Of a stretch of DNA of 64,000 bases, positions 43,513 to 54,110 are shown piece by piece. This DNA comes from Bacteroidota bacterium (GTDB lineage: Bacteria; Bacteroidota; Bacteroidia; Chitinophagales; BACL12). Under the pieces are notes generated by a model, which was given only the letters and a program-made list of their open reading frames with translations, was not told the origin of the DNA and did not search any database. The position numbers and the translations under genes were made by a program. The stretch is from assembly GCA_029571985.1 (NCBI GenBank), contig JAKQVC010000130.1, forward strand, positions 53,741-117,740. Direction: 5' to 3'. Every line of letters starts with the position of its first letter. The first letter of the stretch is position 1.

Positions 43513-43987
43513 CGAGGCCGGGAAGACTTGGAGGCGGTAAGGTTATAGGGTGAATCGACGGATGCCTTGTTTCATGATAGGCACATTGAAGTTTAGTAAA
43601 AATCCTATATGTAAATGGGAGAGTTTTAGTTGGCTTAGAACTTGTGCTGTCCAAACCGGATTTACCAATTCAACTGCTTTTACCTCGCATAATATACTTT
43701 TTTCAACCAAAATATCTAAGCGAAGTCCCTCTTCAAAAGTTTGGTTTTTATAATGCACAGGATAGGTAACCTGTCGTTCAACATGGAATCCCAAATTTTT
43801 TAATTCCTCTGCCAGACACAACTCATAAATTTTTTCTAATAATCCAGGACCAAGTTCTTTGTGCACTGTTATTGATGCATGCACAATTGCCTGACATATG
43901 GTCTCTTCCTCACGCGATAAGATATATCTCTCACTCACCATCATCAAAAGTTTTTTTACTTACCGTCTTCCCGCCTTCCCGGCCTCG
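43513..43987. mobile_element. Candidate minimal element: GxxExxY gene bounded by 29-bp imperfect inverted repeats
   Basis: Left arm 43513-43541 vs reverse complement of right arm 43959-43987: 24/29 identity. Mobility is inferred, not shown. Confidence 0.5.
43543..43944 (-). CDS. GxxExxY protein (PD-(D/E)XK nuclease-like)
   Basis: 'VHKELGPGLLEKIYELCL', 'RLDILVE..ILCEVKAV', 'AQVLSQLK', 'GFLLNFN'. Confidence 0.92.
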   Translation of the reverse strand: MMVSERYILSREEETICQAIVHASITVHKELGPGLLEKIYELCLAEELKNLGFHVERQVTYPVHYKNQTFEEGLRLDILVEKSILCEVKAVELVNPVWTAQVLSQLKLSHLHIGFLLNFNVPIMKQGIRRFTL

Positions 43988-44112
43988 TCACCCACAAGCA
44001 GAGAAACACCTATTTAACCATAAATATCATCATAATACGGCAAGAAAAAAATGACAGATGCAGTCTAAAAATTAAATTGTCGGTGTCGCAAGGTAATAAG
44101 CGCTTACAAATT

Positions 44113-45492
44113 TCAATGCACCACACAGCGTGCTATGCCGTATTGTGATTGGGTGTTGTAGTAGAGCATGTAGCTGCCGGGTGCAACGGCTTGCATCGAA
44201 ATGGTTGTGGAGGCAGAACCTTGTTGAACAAGCTTACCCATCATATCAAATAACTGATATTGCACAACAGCATCACCCTGAAAATGAAATTGCTGCATCA
44301 CACTATCATATCGCACCAAGCTCAACGGCTGCAACGCATCAGCACTCAAGGGCTCAATATTTTCAAACAACCACAACAACGCCTCATCCAACTCCCGTTT
44401 CCAAAACCATTCGCTATGCGCACCATCCGCTCTGATAACGGAAATGTATTCAGCAGGAGTGAACCCAACCGCCTCCATTTCATCATAAATCAATTCCATA
44501 TCCGGCACCATATCCACATCTTCATATAAACCTGCCATGAAATACAATTTCGAAGCATCATTTTTTTCAAACTGATTCGTAAATGCGTTCACCGAATCTG
44601 AATACCAAAAACTGGGTGAAAAAATAAATGCCTTTCCAAAAACAGAATCATATTGCAGCGCTGCATAATAAGAAATCAACCCACCTAAACTACTGCCGCC
44701 TATTACAGTATTTTCTCTTTCAGGAAGTGTTCTGTAATGCGCGTCGATATAAGGCTTAAGTGTTTCCACTAAAAAATCAGCATAGCGTTCGCCATCACCA
44801 CCACCATATGACGGATGCGCCCAGGGCGTATATTCATCAATGCGGTCAACTTCGCCATTTGCAATGCCAACAATAATCGCTTTGGTATGTCCGCCGCTGA
44901 TTAAGGTTTGCATGGTGCCATCGGCATCCCATTCACCGGCAAAGCTACTTGCCTGATCAAATACATTCTGACCATCGTGCATATACACAACCGGATAATG
45001 TTCAGTTGAAGTGAAATAATCAGGAGGCAAATACATCCAGATACGACGAACACGATTGTATTGCGGAATGAAAAAATTATAATCTAATTCAAACACATTT
45101 CCTGCTATAGTATGCGAACCATTTGTATCATCCCAATCGGCAATCACACAATCAACAGTTGAACCTGTATTATAAATAGAAACACGGTTGGATAAGAAAC
45201 TGCCATCAGATTGTGTTTCAACTCTTGCCCAATCGCCCCTTGTAAATTTATATTCAAGTGTATCACCATCACTACCGCTCAGCGCAATGGTATACGACCC
45301 GTCAGGTTGTGGCGTCAGTTGATAGGCGGCATCACCGGCTGCCCAACTGTTAAAATTACCGGCAATGTAAAGCGTATCTAATAGCGGTGTAAAATATTGA
45401 GGCACTTCAGTAACGCGAATCGTCATTTGTGTAAGTCCTTGCTTAAACAAAACAGTGAACAACAACATCCCTAAGAGTCGAAAGTGCATCAT
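44113..45492 (-). CDS. CBM20-like starch-binding domain plus alpha/beta-hydrolase esterase with T9SS CTD
   Basis: 'LYIAGNFNSW...EYKFTRGDW' (CBM20-like); 'YMHDGQN', 'GSSLGG', 'GAHSEWFW'; C-terminal 'FDMMGKLV...PGSYML'. Confidence 0.82.
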   Translation of the reverse strand: MMHFRLLGMLLFTVLFKQGLTQMTIRVTEVPQYFTPLLDTLYIAGNFNSWAAGDAAYQLTPQPDGSYTIALSGSDGDTLEYKFTRGDWARVETQSDGSFLSNRVSIYNTGSTVDCVIADWDDTNGSHTIAGNVFELDYNFFIPQYNRVRRIWMYLPPDYFTSTEHYPVVYMHDGQNVFDQASSFAGEWDADGTMQTLISGGHTKAIIVGIANGEVDRIDEYTPWAHPSYGGGDGERYADFLVETLKPYIDAHYRTLPERENTVIGGSSLGGLISYYAALQYDSVFGKAFIFSPSFWYSDSVNAFTNQFEKNDASKLYFMAGLYEDVDMVPDMELIYDEMEAVGFTPAEYISVIRADGAHSEWFWKRELDEALLWLFENIEPLSADALQPLSLVRYDSVMQQFHFQGDAVVQYQLFDMMGKLVQQGSASTTISMQAVAPGSYMLYYNTQSQYGIARCVVH

Positions 45493-45572
45493 AGTAGGTT
45501 TTCTTACCAAAGGTATCAAATGACATTGCATTAATAGGTATTTTTGTCGTCAGGCATAAAATTACATAACAC

Positions 45573-47819
45573 ATGCGCATGATGAGAAATGTTGTTTTAA
45601 GTTTAGTTGCATGTGCGATATCAGGCACATTTCACCGCGCTGATGCGCAATCGCCGGAGTTTATGATGCAGGGTTGGAATTGGAACTATCCCTATTTCTA
45701 TGCCGGCATCGGTAATCAGATTGATTATCTCGCCGCTGAAGGTCCGGCATTAAAGGAAGCCGGCTTTACACATATCTGGCTGCCGCCTCTGGCTAAGTCA
45801 AGAGCAGGTTCTACCAGCATGGGCTATAATGTTTGGGATTATTATGATATCGGCGATTATGGTCCTGCCAGATGGGGCGATCGCGAAGGATTTGAGAATT
45901 TGAAATCTGTTTACTCGGATTTAGGATTATACATGGTTGCGGATATGATTTACAATCATCGCGATGGAGGTAATTGGGAAGATAATGGCGCAGTTGAAGG
46001 ATGGATCGAAAATATGAATTACACCAAAGTGGCATCGGGTGATCAGCCATTTCCATCTGACAGATATCAATGTTATCTCCCACTGGGTGGCGCATCCGGA
46101 AATGGCGCAGGTACTTACTATTTTAAAATTCACTCAGCCAGCGCACATCCTAATTTTTATGATAAACCTTATCAGGTGCAATTTTGGACAAATGCGGTAG
46201 CACAGGATAACGTTACTGCACCAAGTGATGAAGTTGAACCAAACGGTGGAGCAGATTGTGGCGAAGGCAATAACAGTATCCTGCTTGGAAAAAGAAAAAA
46301 TGCCGTAATTGATAATGGTTGTGGTACTGATGAGTTTGCCTTAACGTTATCAGCCGCAGATTTTTTAGCATCTGGCGATACATTATGGTTCAGAATGACA
46401 AATACAGGTGCCGGCGGACTCGGTGATATGTCTGATCATTTTGTTTATGGACTTTGGAGTGGCGCTGCAGCAGCAGATATTCAATCGCAGATCAGATATC
46501 AAACCATGACGGATTTTTCTAATGTGCCAAGTGGTGAAGGCGTGATGAATTACCTCAACTTTAAGCCAAACGGAAACCCAACACAATTATCCGGCGATTT
46601 AGACGCCATGTATTTTTATTATGATGTGGATCAAACAGTTACATCTACACAATCAACACTGATTGATTACACAAAATATATGTGGGCTGAGGAAGGCATT
46701 CGCGGATTTCGTATGGATGCTGTCAAACATTTTCCTGCCTGGTTTGTAGGCGATTTGTTAGATGCCTTACACGATGCAGGACAGGATCCAAATATGGTTG
46801 TTGGCGAGTCCTATGATTTTAGTCCATTTGTTTTGAAAGGATGGATAGATCAAGTTTATGCATCAATGGATGAAGATACACGCAATGCCATTAAACCCCG
46901 GGTATTTGATTTTGCGCTCCGCAATAGCCTCGAACAAGCCTGTGATGCATTTGGCTACGACGTGCGAAATGTATTTAACAGCAGTATTGTAGATGGAGCA
47001 GGTGGCAGCGGGTTTAATGTGGTGACATTTATTAATAACCACGATTTTCGTGATGCCGGACAACCGGTAGATAATGATCCGATATTAGCTTATGCCTATA
47101 TTCTTACCAATAATAAATTAGGTGTGCCCTGTGTGTATTTCACAGATTATTACGCTCCGGGTAATTTGAAATATGTGATTAACGGATTAATGGAAGCCCA
47201 TGACCGATATATTTATGGAGCTACATTTGTCGATTATTTAAGCCGGTTTTCATCACCTTATACAGCCAATTATATTTCCGGCGGCGCGAATACTTCTTTA
47301 ATCTATCAGCTGAGTTATTCAGAAAGCGATAGAGAAGTAATTGTCGCCATTAACTTTAGTGGCAACACACTGAAGGTTGACCAAACGATTAATACAGCTA
47401 ATATTTTTGCCGGAGATACATTAACCGATATTTTTTCACTTACACCCTATCCTACAATTACCGTTCAGGGTGATAATCAGGTGTATTTGGAAATACCACC
47501 TCGCAGTTTCGCTGTATATGTGCAAGGAGATTTACGCGATGAATTGATTGATATCACAACACCGGTATCTATTTCCGGTTTATCCGCTTCGCAAACATTT
47601 CAGCTATATCCGAATCCTACAGACGATATGTTGTTTTTTACCGCACAACCGGTAGATGCACAGGCTGAGATATATGATATGACCGGGAAATTAGTATATA
47701 CAACAACGGTATATGCCGGCAATAATTATCTCTCTGCAAACCAACTTCCGCAAGGACAGTATTTACTTAAAATGATCTGCCCAACATCTGTGCAGGTCGC
47801 AAAATTTATCAGGCAATAA
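45573..47819 (+). CDS. T9SS-sorted GH13 alpha-amylase
   Basis: 'MMQGWNW', 'DMIYNHR', 'GFRMDAVKH', 'VVGE', 'FINNHD'; CTD 'LYPNPT...KFIRQ'. Confidence 0.88.
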   Translation: MRMMRNVVLSLVACAISGTFHRADAQSPEFMMQGWNWNYPYFYAGIGNQIDYLAAEGPALKEAGFTHIWLPPLAKSRAGSTSMGYNVWDYYDIGDYGPARWGDREGFENLKSVYSDLGLYMVADMIYNHRDGGNWEDNGAVEGWIENMNYTKVASGDQPFPSDRYQCYLPLGGASGNGAGTYYFKIHSASAHPNFYDKPYQVQFWTNAVAQDNVTAPSDEVEPNGGADCGEGNNSILLGKRKNAVIDNGCGTDEFALTLSAADFLASGDTLWFRMTNTGAGGLGDMSDHFVYGLWSGAAAADIQSQIRYQTMTDFSNVPSGEGVMNYLNFKPNGNPTQLSGDLDAMYFYYDVDQTVTSTQSTLIDYTKYMWAEEGIRGFRMDAVKHFPAWFVGDLLDALHDAGQDPNMVVGESYDFSPFVLKGWIDQVYASMDEDTRNAIKPRVFDFALRNSLEQACDAFGYDVRNVFNSSIVDGAGGSGFNVVTFINNHDFRDAGQPVDNDPILAYAYILTNNKLGVPCVYFTDYYAPGNLKYVINGLMEAHDRYIYGATFVDYLSRFSSPYTANYISGGANTSLIYQLSYSESDREVIVAINFSGNTLKVDQTINTANIFAGDTLTDIFSLTPYPTITVQGDNQVYLEIPPRSFAVYVQGDLRDELIDITTPVSISGLSASQTFQLYPNPTDDMLFFTAQPVDAQAEIYDMTGKLVYTTTVYAGNNYLSANQLPQGQYLLKMICPTSVQVAKFIRQ

Positions 47820-47821
47820 AC

Positions 47822-49450
47822 ATGACAACAACAGTACATCAATTCGAAAACATTTTTCCATCTTACGATGCCATTCCTGAAAACGCACAACTTCCCTTTC
47901 CGATTTTACAACATGCATATTTAGTAAACGGCACCATGCGCAAATGGGATGGTCCGTTTACACAAGTGGTATCTCCGATTTATGTACGTAAAGGCCAAAC
48001 AGCTGAACGTGTCGTGGTTGGTGAGATTCCGCATATCAGTGTAGATGCTGCCATGGAGGCATTGGAATCTGCAGTTCAGGCATATAATCTTGGCAGAGGT
48101 GAATGGCCAACCATGTCGGTTCGTAAGCGCATCGATTGTTTAATCAATTTCACCGAACAGATGAAAACAAAGCGTGAAGAAGTTGTGCGCTTATTAATGT
48201 GGGAAATTGGAAAATCACGAGGTGATTCAGAAAAAGAATTTGACAGAACGGTTCAATATATTTATGATACCATTGATGCTTTGAAAGAACTGGATCGCAC
48301 CTCTTCACGCATTCAGAAAGAAGAAGGTATTTACGCACAGATTCGACGCGGTCCACTTGGTGTGGTGCTATGCATGGGGCCATATAACTATCCGTTAAAT
48401 GAAACCTTCAGCACCTTAATTCCGGCATTGATTATGGGAAATACCATTTTATTTAAACCGGCAAAATATGGTGTATTGCTCATACATCCTTTGCAGGAAT
48501 GTTTCCGCAATGCCTTCCCCGCCGGTGTGGTGAATATGCTGTATGGCGAAGGCAAAGAAATCATAAATCCCATAATGGAATCTGGTAAAGTGGATGTCTT
48601 CGCTTTTATCGGAACCAGTCGTGTGGCTAATATTATACGGAGAGCCCATCCAAAACCAAATCGCCTGCGTGCATGCCTGGGTCTTGAGGCTAAGAATCCG
48701 GCAATTATTATGCCCGATGCTGATTTAGAAATTGCTGCATCGGAATGTATTACCGGCTCGTTATCATTTAATGGTCAGCGCTGCACAGCTTTAAAAATGA
48801 TTTTTGTGCATGAAAGCATTGCTGATGCATTTCTGGAAAAATATCTGGATAAACTCAGTAAGTTAAAATATGGCATGCCCTGGGATGATAAAGTGATGTT
48901 GACGCCCTTGCCTGAAGAAAACAAACCGCAGTATCTGAAAGAATTAATTGCTGATGCGCAGGCAAATGGTGCGCGTATACTCAATAACCTCGGTGGCGAA
49001 CAGCATTTAAGTTTTTGTTATCCGGCCGTTTTGTTCCCTGTAAACAATAAAATGCGCGTATGGCATGAAGAGCAATTCGGACCTGTAATTCCGATAGCCA
49101 CCTTTTCACATATTGACGAACCTATCCATTATATACAAAACAGCAATTACGGTCAGCAGGCATCTATTTTTGGCACCGATCATGATGCTATGGCAAACCT
49201 CATCGACCCGCTGGTAAATCAAGTGTGCCGGTTGAATATTAATTCGCAATGTCAACGCGGTCCGGATAAATATCCGTTTAATGGCCGAAAAGATTCTGCA
49301 GAAGGTACTTTAAGTGTAACAGACGCTTTGCGTGTGTTCAGCATCCGTACAACAGTTGCTTTTAAAGATTCCGGTATCAATCGTGAAATAGCGAACGATA
49401 TTCTGGATAACAGAAAAAGCAATTTTCTTTCAACAGATTACATCCTATAA
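47822..49450 (+). CDS. gapN: NADP-dependent non-phosphorylating glyceraldehyde-3-phosphate dehydrogenase-like aldehyde dehydrogenase
   Basis: 'GPYNYPLN', 'FIGTS', 'LEAKNPA', 'SFNGQRCTA', 'EEQFGPV', 'QRGPD.YPF.GRKDS'. Confidence 0.78.
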   Translation: MTTTVHQFENIFPSYDAIPENAQLPFPILQHAYLVNGTMRKWDGPFTQVVSPIYVRKGQTAERVVVGEIPHISVDAAMEALESAVQAYNLGRGEWPTMSVRKRIDCLINFTEQMKTKREEVVRLLMWEIGKSRGDSEKEFDRTVQYIYDTIDALKELDRTSSRIQKEEGIYAQIRRGPLGVVLCMGPYNYPLNETFSTLIPALIMGNTILFKPAKYGVLLIHPLQECFRNAFPAGVVNMLYGEGKEIINPIMESGKVDVFAFIGTSRVANIIRRAHPKPNRLRACLGLEAKNPAIIMPDADLEIAASECITGSLSFNGQRCTALKMIFVHESIADAFLEKYLDKLSKLKYGMPWDDKVMLTPLPEENKPQYLKELIADAQANGARILNNLGGEQHLSFCYPAVLFPVNNKMRVWHEEQFGPVIPIATFSHIDEPIHYIQNSNYGQQASIFGTDHDAMANLIDPLVNQVCRLNINSQCQRGPDKYPFNGRKDSAEGTLSVTDALRVFSIRTTVAFKDSGINREIANDILDNRKSNFLSTDYIL

Positions 49451-49458
49451 TGACCATC

Positions 49459-49492
49459 ATGACCCCTGTTGCCGACAGGGGTCATTTTATTT
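49459..49492 (+). terminator. Probable intrinsic terminator after the gapN-like gene
   Basis: atgacccctgt-tgccg-acaggggtcatttt. Confidence 0.65.
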
Positions 49493-49534
49493 CCTATCGG
49501 GATTCATTTATTTTGCAGCATAATTGTAACAAAC

Positions 49535-51016
49535 ATGCAGAAACGCGCTTCGGGAGTGCTGTTGCACCCCACATCATTACCGGGTAATCATGGCATTGGC
49601 GCATTAGGTGCCGCAGCGAGAAGTTTTATCGACTTTCTGGTGAAGGCGCGACAGACCTATTGGCAGATTTTGCCGCTTGGTCCTACGGGATATGGCGATT
49701 CGCCTTACCAGTGTTTCTCCAGCAATGCCGGAAACCCGTATCTGATTGACCTGGATCAATTGTGTGCAGATGGATTTTTGCAGGCACCAGATATTCCGGC
49801 CTGGCACGATGCTCATCCTAACGTGGTTGATTATGGTGCGGTTATCGATTTTAAAATGCAGGTGCTGCGCAAAGCATTTGAATCTTTTGATGCCGATGCA
49901 CATGCGGATTATGGCACTTTCATGCATACACAACAATCCTGGATAAACGATTATTGTTTATTCATGGCACTAAAAGATAAATTTGAAAAACGACCCTGGT
50001 ACGAATGGGAAGATGCTTACCGTTTGCGTGATGCGGATACGCTGGCCAATGAGCAGGAAGCACTGGCATCTGAAATGGGGTTCCACGCTTTTCTGCAATT
50101 CATGTTTTTTAAACAATGGAAAGTCATTAAACAATATGCTAATCAACATGGCGTGCAGATTATCGGCGATATTCCAATTTATGTAGCGATGGACAGCAGC
50201 GATACCTGGTGCAATCCCGAATTATTTCAATTTGATGCAAATAAAACGCCTCTGGTAGTGGGTGGATGCCCTCCGGATTATTTTAGTGAAACAGGTCAGC
50301 TTTGGGGAAATCCTATTTACGATTATGCGAAAATGGAGGAGGATAATTTTGCGTGGTGGATAGCGCGTATCCGCAGCAATCTGGAATTATATGATTTAAT
50401 TCGCGTTGATCATTTCCGTGGTTTTGCCGGTTATTGGAGCATACCTTATGGCGCACCTACAGCCGTTACGGGCGAGTGGGTTGATGGGCCCGGAAAAAAA
50501 TTATTTCAGGCTATTCAGGACGCACTCGGCGAAATTCCGATTATTGCGGAGGATTTAGGATTGATTACACCGGATGTAATTGAATTACGCGATCATTTTG
50601 GATTGCCGGGAATGAAAATATTGCAATTCGCATTCGATTCATCCGAGGCGAATGATTATATACCGCATAATTATACATCCAATTGTGTTGTATATACCGG
50701 CACACATGACAATGATACAGCGCTAGGTTGGTTTCAATCTGCAAAAGAGGATGATAAGCGATATATGATGTTATATCTGAATAGTGATGGCCGGGATATT
50801 TGCAAGGATTTGATTCGCGCTGCCTGGTCGTCGGTGGCACAAACAGCCATTGTTCCGATGCAGGATTTATTGCGATTAGGCACAGAGGCACGAATGAACC
50901 TCCCTGGCACAACAGTAAATAACTGGTTGTGGCGGATGTCTGCTTCTGATTTACGCACGGATTTAGCAGAGGAGCTTATGGGCTTAACCATGCTGTATGC
51001 GCGTGGCAGGAGTTAA
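49535..51016 (+). CDS. malQ: 4-alpha-glucanotransferase (amylomaltase, GH77)
   Basis: 'GVLLHPTSLP', 'WQILPL', 'PPDYFSETGQLWGNP', 'RVDHFRGF', 'IAEDLG', 'YTGTHDN'. Confidence 0.95.
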   Translation: MQKRASGVLLHPTSLPGNHGIGALGAAARSFIDFLVKARQTYWQILPLGPTGYGDSPYQCFSSNAGNPYLIDLDQLCADGFLQAPDIPAWHDAHPNVVDYGAVIDFKMQVLRKAFESFDADAHADYGTFMHTQQSWINDYCLFMALKDKFEKRPWYEWEDAYRLRDADTLANEQEALASEMGFHAFLQFMFFKQWKVIKQYANQHGVQIIGDIPIYVAMDSSDTWCNPELFQFDANKTPLVVGGCPPDYFSETGQLWGNPIYDYAKMEEDNFAWWIARIRSNLELYDLIRVDHFRGFAGYWSIPYGAPTAVTGEWVDGPGKKLFQAIQDALGEIPIIAEDLGLITPDVIELRDHFGLPGMKILQFAFDSSEANDYIPHNYTSNCVVYTGTHDNDTALGWFQSAKEDDKRYMMLYLNSDGRDICKDLIRAAWSSVAQTAIVPMQDLLRLGTEARMNLPGTTVNNWLWRMSASDLRTDLAEELMGLTMLYARGRS

Positions 51017-51070
51017 ATGCATCCTCGAAAAAGTAAGTAAGCGCAATCTGAAAACCTTCGTCTTAAAAAT

Positions 51071-51109
51071 AAATTGCCCTGTTTTTCTATGGAGAAACAG
51101 GGCAATTTT
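51071..51109. terminator. Bidirectional terminator between malQ and the tRNA
   Basis: aaattgccctgtttt-tctatgg-agaaacagggcaatttt. Confidence 0.75.
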
Positions 51110-51121
51110 ATCAAGGTGAAG

Positions 51122-51195
51122 TGGGCCCACCTGGAATCGAACCAGGCACCTACTGATTATGAGTCAGTTGCTCTAACCGAATGAGCTATAGGCCC
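51122..51195 (-). tRNA. tRNA-Ile2 (anticodon CAT, lysidine-modified); CCA not encoded
   Basis: Reverse complement GGGCCTATAGCTCATTCGGTTAGAGCAACTGACTCATAATCAGTAGGTGCCTGGTTCGATTCCAGGTGGGCCCA folds as a cloverleaf. Acceptor and anticodon arms resemble Ile2 rather than fMet or Met. Confidence 0.88.
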
Positions 51196-51260
51196 GAAAG
51201 AAGTTAATCAGCCAATGCATTAGCTGAAATATATAGGAACGAGGTGCAAAATTATAAAAA

Positions 51261-52181
51261 TCATTTGTATTTATCGCACCAGCCGAAATGCTGAAGCACC
51301 AGTCGATCCTTGTTTTGCTGCAGATATTGACTGTAAGCAGATGCCACGGGACTCAATTTTTTTTCGACCAGCCAAACCAGATTCCAGGTCGATTTAATTG
51401 GCAATCCACGATAGGGAATAATTTGCATTTGCCTGTTAACCAATTCATTGCGAATACCAATCAGCGGAACAATAGAACAGCCTAAACCAGCCATTACTGC
51501 CTGTTTCACGGCCTCGTTTGACGTCAGCTCAATTTTTTTTCTGATTTCCGGATTGTGTTTATCGAGGAATGTTTCCATAGCTGCGCGGGTGGCCGAACCC
51601 TTTTCCCGGAATATTAAAGGCAACTGTTCGAGTAGTTTTCTGCCTTTTAATGCACCTGCCGGATTTTCGGCACCTACCAGAAAGAGTTTATTGGGCATTA
51701 ATTCAATTTTATGCAAGCGCAACTGTTCCGGTAAAACAGAAACCAATGAAAAATCCACCTCGTTTTGCCAGAGATTTTCAACCACACGCGATTTGTTGGT
51801 TACGTCAAGCTCGAGTTCTACGGCTGGATTTTGTTTCAGAAATTCTGATAAAAAATAGGGAATCACATACTTACCGGTGCTCACCACACTTATGCGTAAC
51901 CTGCCCGACAGCTCACCTTTAAAAGCTTGTGTCCGGTATGCAATGGCATCCACTTCGTTTAAAATATTCTCGGCTGCCCGGGCAATCTCTTTACCGAAAT
52001 CAGTTATGTACAACTTTTTGTGCACCACTTCGGTAAGCGGAATATCAAACTGGTCCTGTAAATTTTTTAATTGAATGGAAACTGCAGGTTGCGTTAAATG
52101 CAAGGCTTCAGCCGCCTTGGTAATGCTGGCAGTTTCAACGACTTTGAGAAATATACGGAGTTGATGTAGGGTGTAGTTCAT
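51261..52181 (-). CDS. LysR-family regulator, CbbR/CmpR-like
   Basis: 'YTLHQLRIF...SITKAAEALHLTQPAVSIQLK', 'VVSTGKYVIP', 'REKGSATR', 'SNEAVKQAVMAGLG'. Confidence 0.88.
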   Translation of the reverse strand: MNYTLHQLRIFLKVVETASITKAAEALHLTQPAVSIQLKNLQDQFDIPLTEVVHKKLYITDFGKEIARAAENILNEVDAIAYRTQAFKGELSGRLRISVVSTGKYVIPYFLSEFLKQNPAVELELDVTNKSRVVENLWQNEVDFSLVSVLPEQLRLHKIELMPNKLFLVGAENPAGALKGRKLLEQLPLIFREKGSATRAAMETFLDKHNPEIRKKIELTSNEAVKQAVMAGLGCSIVPLIGIRNELVNRQMQIIPYRGLPIKSTWNLVWLVEKKLSPVASAYSQYLQQNKDRLVLQHFGWCDKYK

Positions 52182-52195
52182 AAAAATAATTTATG
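52179..52195. promoter_or_regulatory. LysR recognition site (T-N11-A) overlapping the lysR start codon
   Basis: CATAAA-aataa-TTTATG inverted repeat. Confidence 0.6.
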
Positions 52196-52274
52196 TATCC
52201 TATAACAAAGTTAAATAATAATATATGAACAAACCACCCCAAATTTGCGTCATCAAACTTAAACAACACCAAAA

Positions 52275-53711
52275 ATGACAAGAATCACTATTGCAAAAGG
52301 AGACGGTATAGGTCCGGAGATTATGGATGCTACACTGTCTATTATCAAGGCCGCCGGCGCTCAAATTGAAATCGACGAAATTGAGGTTGGCGAAAAGGTA
52401 TACTTAGCCGGCAACACCTCCGGAATAGCCAAAGAGGCCTGGGATATTATTCGTCGCAATAAAGTGTTTTTAAAAGCACCCATTACAACACCACAAGGTG
52501 GTGGTTATAAAAGTTTGAATGTAACTACGCGCAAATTCCTGGGGTTGTATGCCAACATCCGCCCTTGTATGTCGCTTCATCCCTTCGTTAAAACAAAGCA
52601 TCCCAACATGGATATTGTGATTGTGCGTGAAAATGAAGAAGATTTATACGCCGGCATCGAACATCAGCAAACAGATGAGGTGGTTCAATGCCTGAAGCTG
52701 ATCAGCAGACCGGGTTGCGAAAAAATTGTGCGTTACGCTTTTGAATATGCGCGTCAGTACGGACGAAAAAAAGTAACCTGTTTTACAAAAGATAATATCA
52801 TGAAGCAAACAGACGGTTTGTTTCATAAAGTGTTTGAAGAAATTGCCGCCGAATATCCGGATATTCAGAATGAACATTGGATTATCGACATCGGCGCAGC
52901 CAAAATGGCCGACACTCCGGAAGCATTTGATGTAATCGTGATGCCTAATTTGTATGGCGATGTTCTTTCTGATGTTGCCGCTCAAATTGCCGGTTCGGTT
53001 GGTCTGGCCGGGTCAGCAAATATTGGTACAGAATGCGCCATGTTCGAGGCTATTCACGGTTCTGCACCTCGCCGCGCAGGACAGGATATGGCAAACCCAT
53101 CCGGATTATTACAGGGGGCCATTATGATGCTGAATCATATCGGGCAAACGGAAGTTGCTGAACGTGTGCAAAATGCCTGGTTGAAAACAATCGAAGATGG
53201 AGTGCACACTTACGATATTTATAAAGAAGGTGTGAGTAAAGAAAAAGTTGGAACCAGCGGATTTGCAGAAGCGGTCATTGCCCGTCTCGGACAAAAACCT
53301 GAAATTCTGCATGCAGTGCACTATGAAAAAGCACACAGCATCCAACTGCCGAAATACACGCGCAAAAAACCTTCTAAAAAGGATTTAGTTGGTCTTGATG
53401 TGTTTGTACACTGGCCTGGTGAAAATCCGGATGAACTTGCACAAATCATGCAGCAGTTAAATACACCGGAAGTTTCTTTGTCCATGATTACCAATCGCGG
53501 AATCAAAGTGTGGCCGGAAGGATTTGAAGAAACATTCTGCACCGATCACTGGCGCTGCAGATTTAAACCGGATAATGGGGGCACGCTGGATAAACATATG
53601 ATTGTCAATATCCTGTCTGCTGCAGTCGCTAAAAATATCGACACCATTAAGACAGAAAATTTATATGCCTTTGATGGCAAACCCGCCTATTCATTAGGGC
53701 AGGGCCAATAA
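52275..53711 (+). CDS. icd: NADP-dependent isocitrate dehydrogenase (~480-aa Thermus/Rickettsia type)
   Basis: 'GDGIGPEI', 'KAPITTPQGGGYKSLNV', 'RENEEDLY', 'KDNIMK', 'NLYGDVLSD', 'EAIHGSAP', C-terminal 'ITNRG...DHWRCRF...YSLGQGQ'. Confidence 0.93.
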   Translation: MTRITIAKGDGIGPEIMDATLSIIKAAGAQIEIDEIEVGEKVYLAGNTSGIAKEAWDIIRRNKVFLKAPITTPQGGGYKSLNVTTRKFLGLYANIRPCMSLHPFVKTKHPNMDIVIVRENEEDLYAGIEHQQTDEVVQCLKLISRPGCEKIVRYAFEYARQYGRKKVTCFTKDNIMKQTDGLFHKVFEEIAAEYPDIQNEHWIIDIGAAKMADTPEAFDVIVMPNLYGDVLSDVAAQIAGSVGLAGSANIGTECAMFEAIHGSAPRRAGQDMANPSGLLQGAIMMLNHIGQTEVAERVQNAWLKTIEDGVHTYDIYKEGVSKEKVGTSGFAEAVIARLGQKPEILHAVHYEKAHSIQLPKYTRKKPSKKDLVGLDVFVHWPGENPDELAQIMQQLNTPEVSLSMITNRGIKVWPEGFEETFCTDHWRCRFKPDNGGTLDKHMIVNILSAAVAKNIDTIKTENLYAFDGKPAYSLGQGQ

Positions 53712-53875
53712 CCTGGCAACTGGGATGAACACCATCCTTGCTCATAGACCGCAAAGCACCACCACGACGCGATGTAAGGGGTCGCGTCGATGGTGAGTGC
53801 GCCTAAAGTAAACGTTCAGAAAATCTGCACTATTCCTGAAAATGGAACAGGAAGAAGTGTGTCAAAATCAAAACA

Positions 53876-54109
53876 ATGGAAACTATTCACAACACTGAAT
53901 CAACATCTCTGCAAACAAAAAAAGTCGCTAGAAAATGGCGCAAACAATTCTTAGCCTTCTGGTTTAATGTAATCGGCACGCTGACTTTTTTTATACTCTC
54001 ACTGGTAACCGACAGCTATATGCTGCAACCGTTTTATGTGTCTTTAGCCATTGTGGGCACCGTTTTACTTAGCATGAACATATCTCAATCAGCATTTAAA
54101 TCAAAATAA
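53876..54109 (+). CDS. Small hypothetical membrane protein (2 TM)
   Basis: 77 aa, A-rich upstream context, coupled to the next ORF. Confidence 0.55.
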   Translation: METIHNTESTSLQTKKVARKWRKQFLAFWFNVIGTLTFFILSLVTDSYMLQPFYVSLAIVGTVLLSMNISQSAFKSK

Positions 54110-54110
54110 T

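Noticed and set aside
51122-51195. tRNA-Met call; tRNA-anchored genomic island
   Set aside because: Sequence fits Ile2 (no fMet C1:A72 mismatch or GGG/CCC anticodon stem). No integrase and no duplicated tRNA 3' end was noticed in the window.
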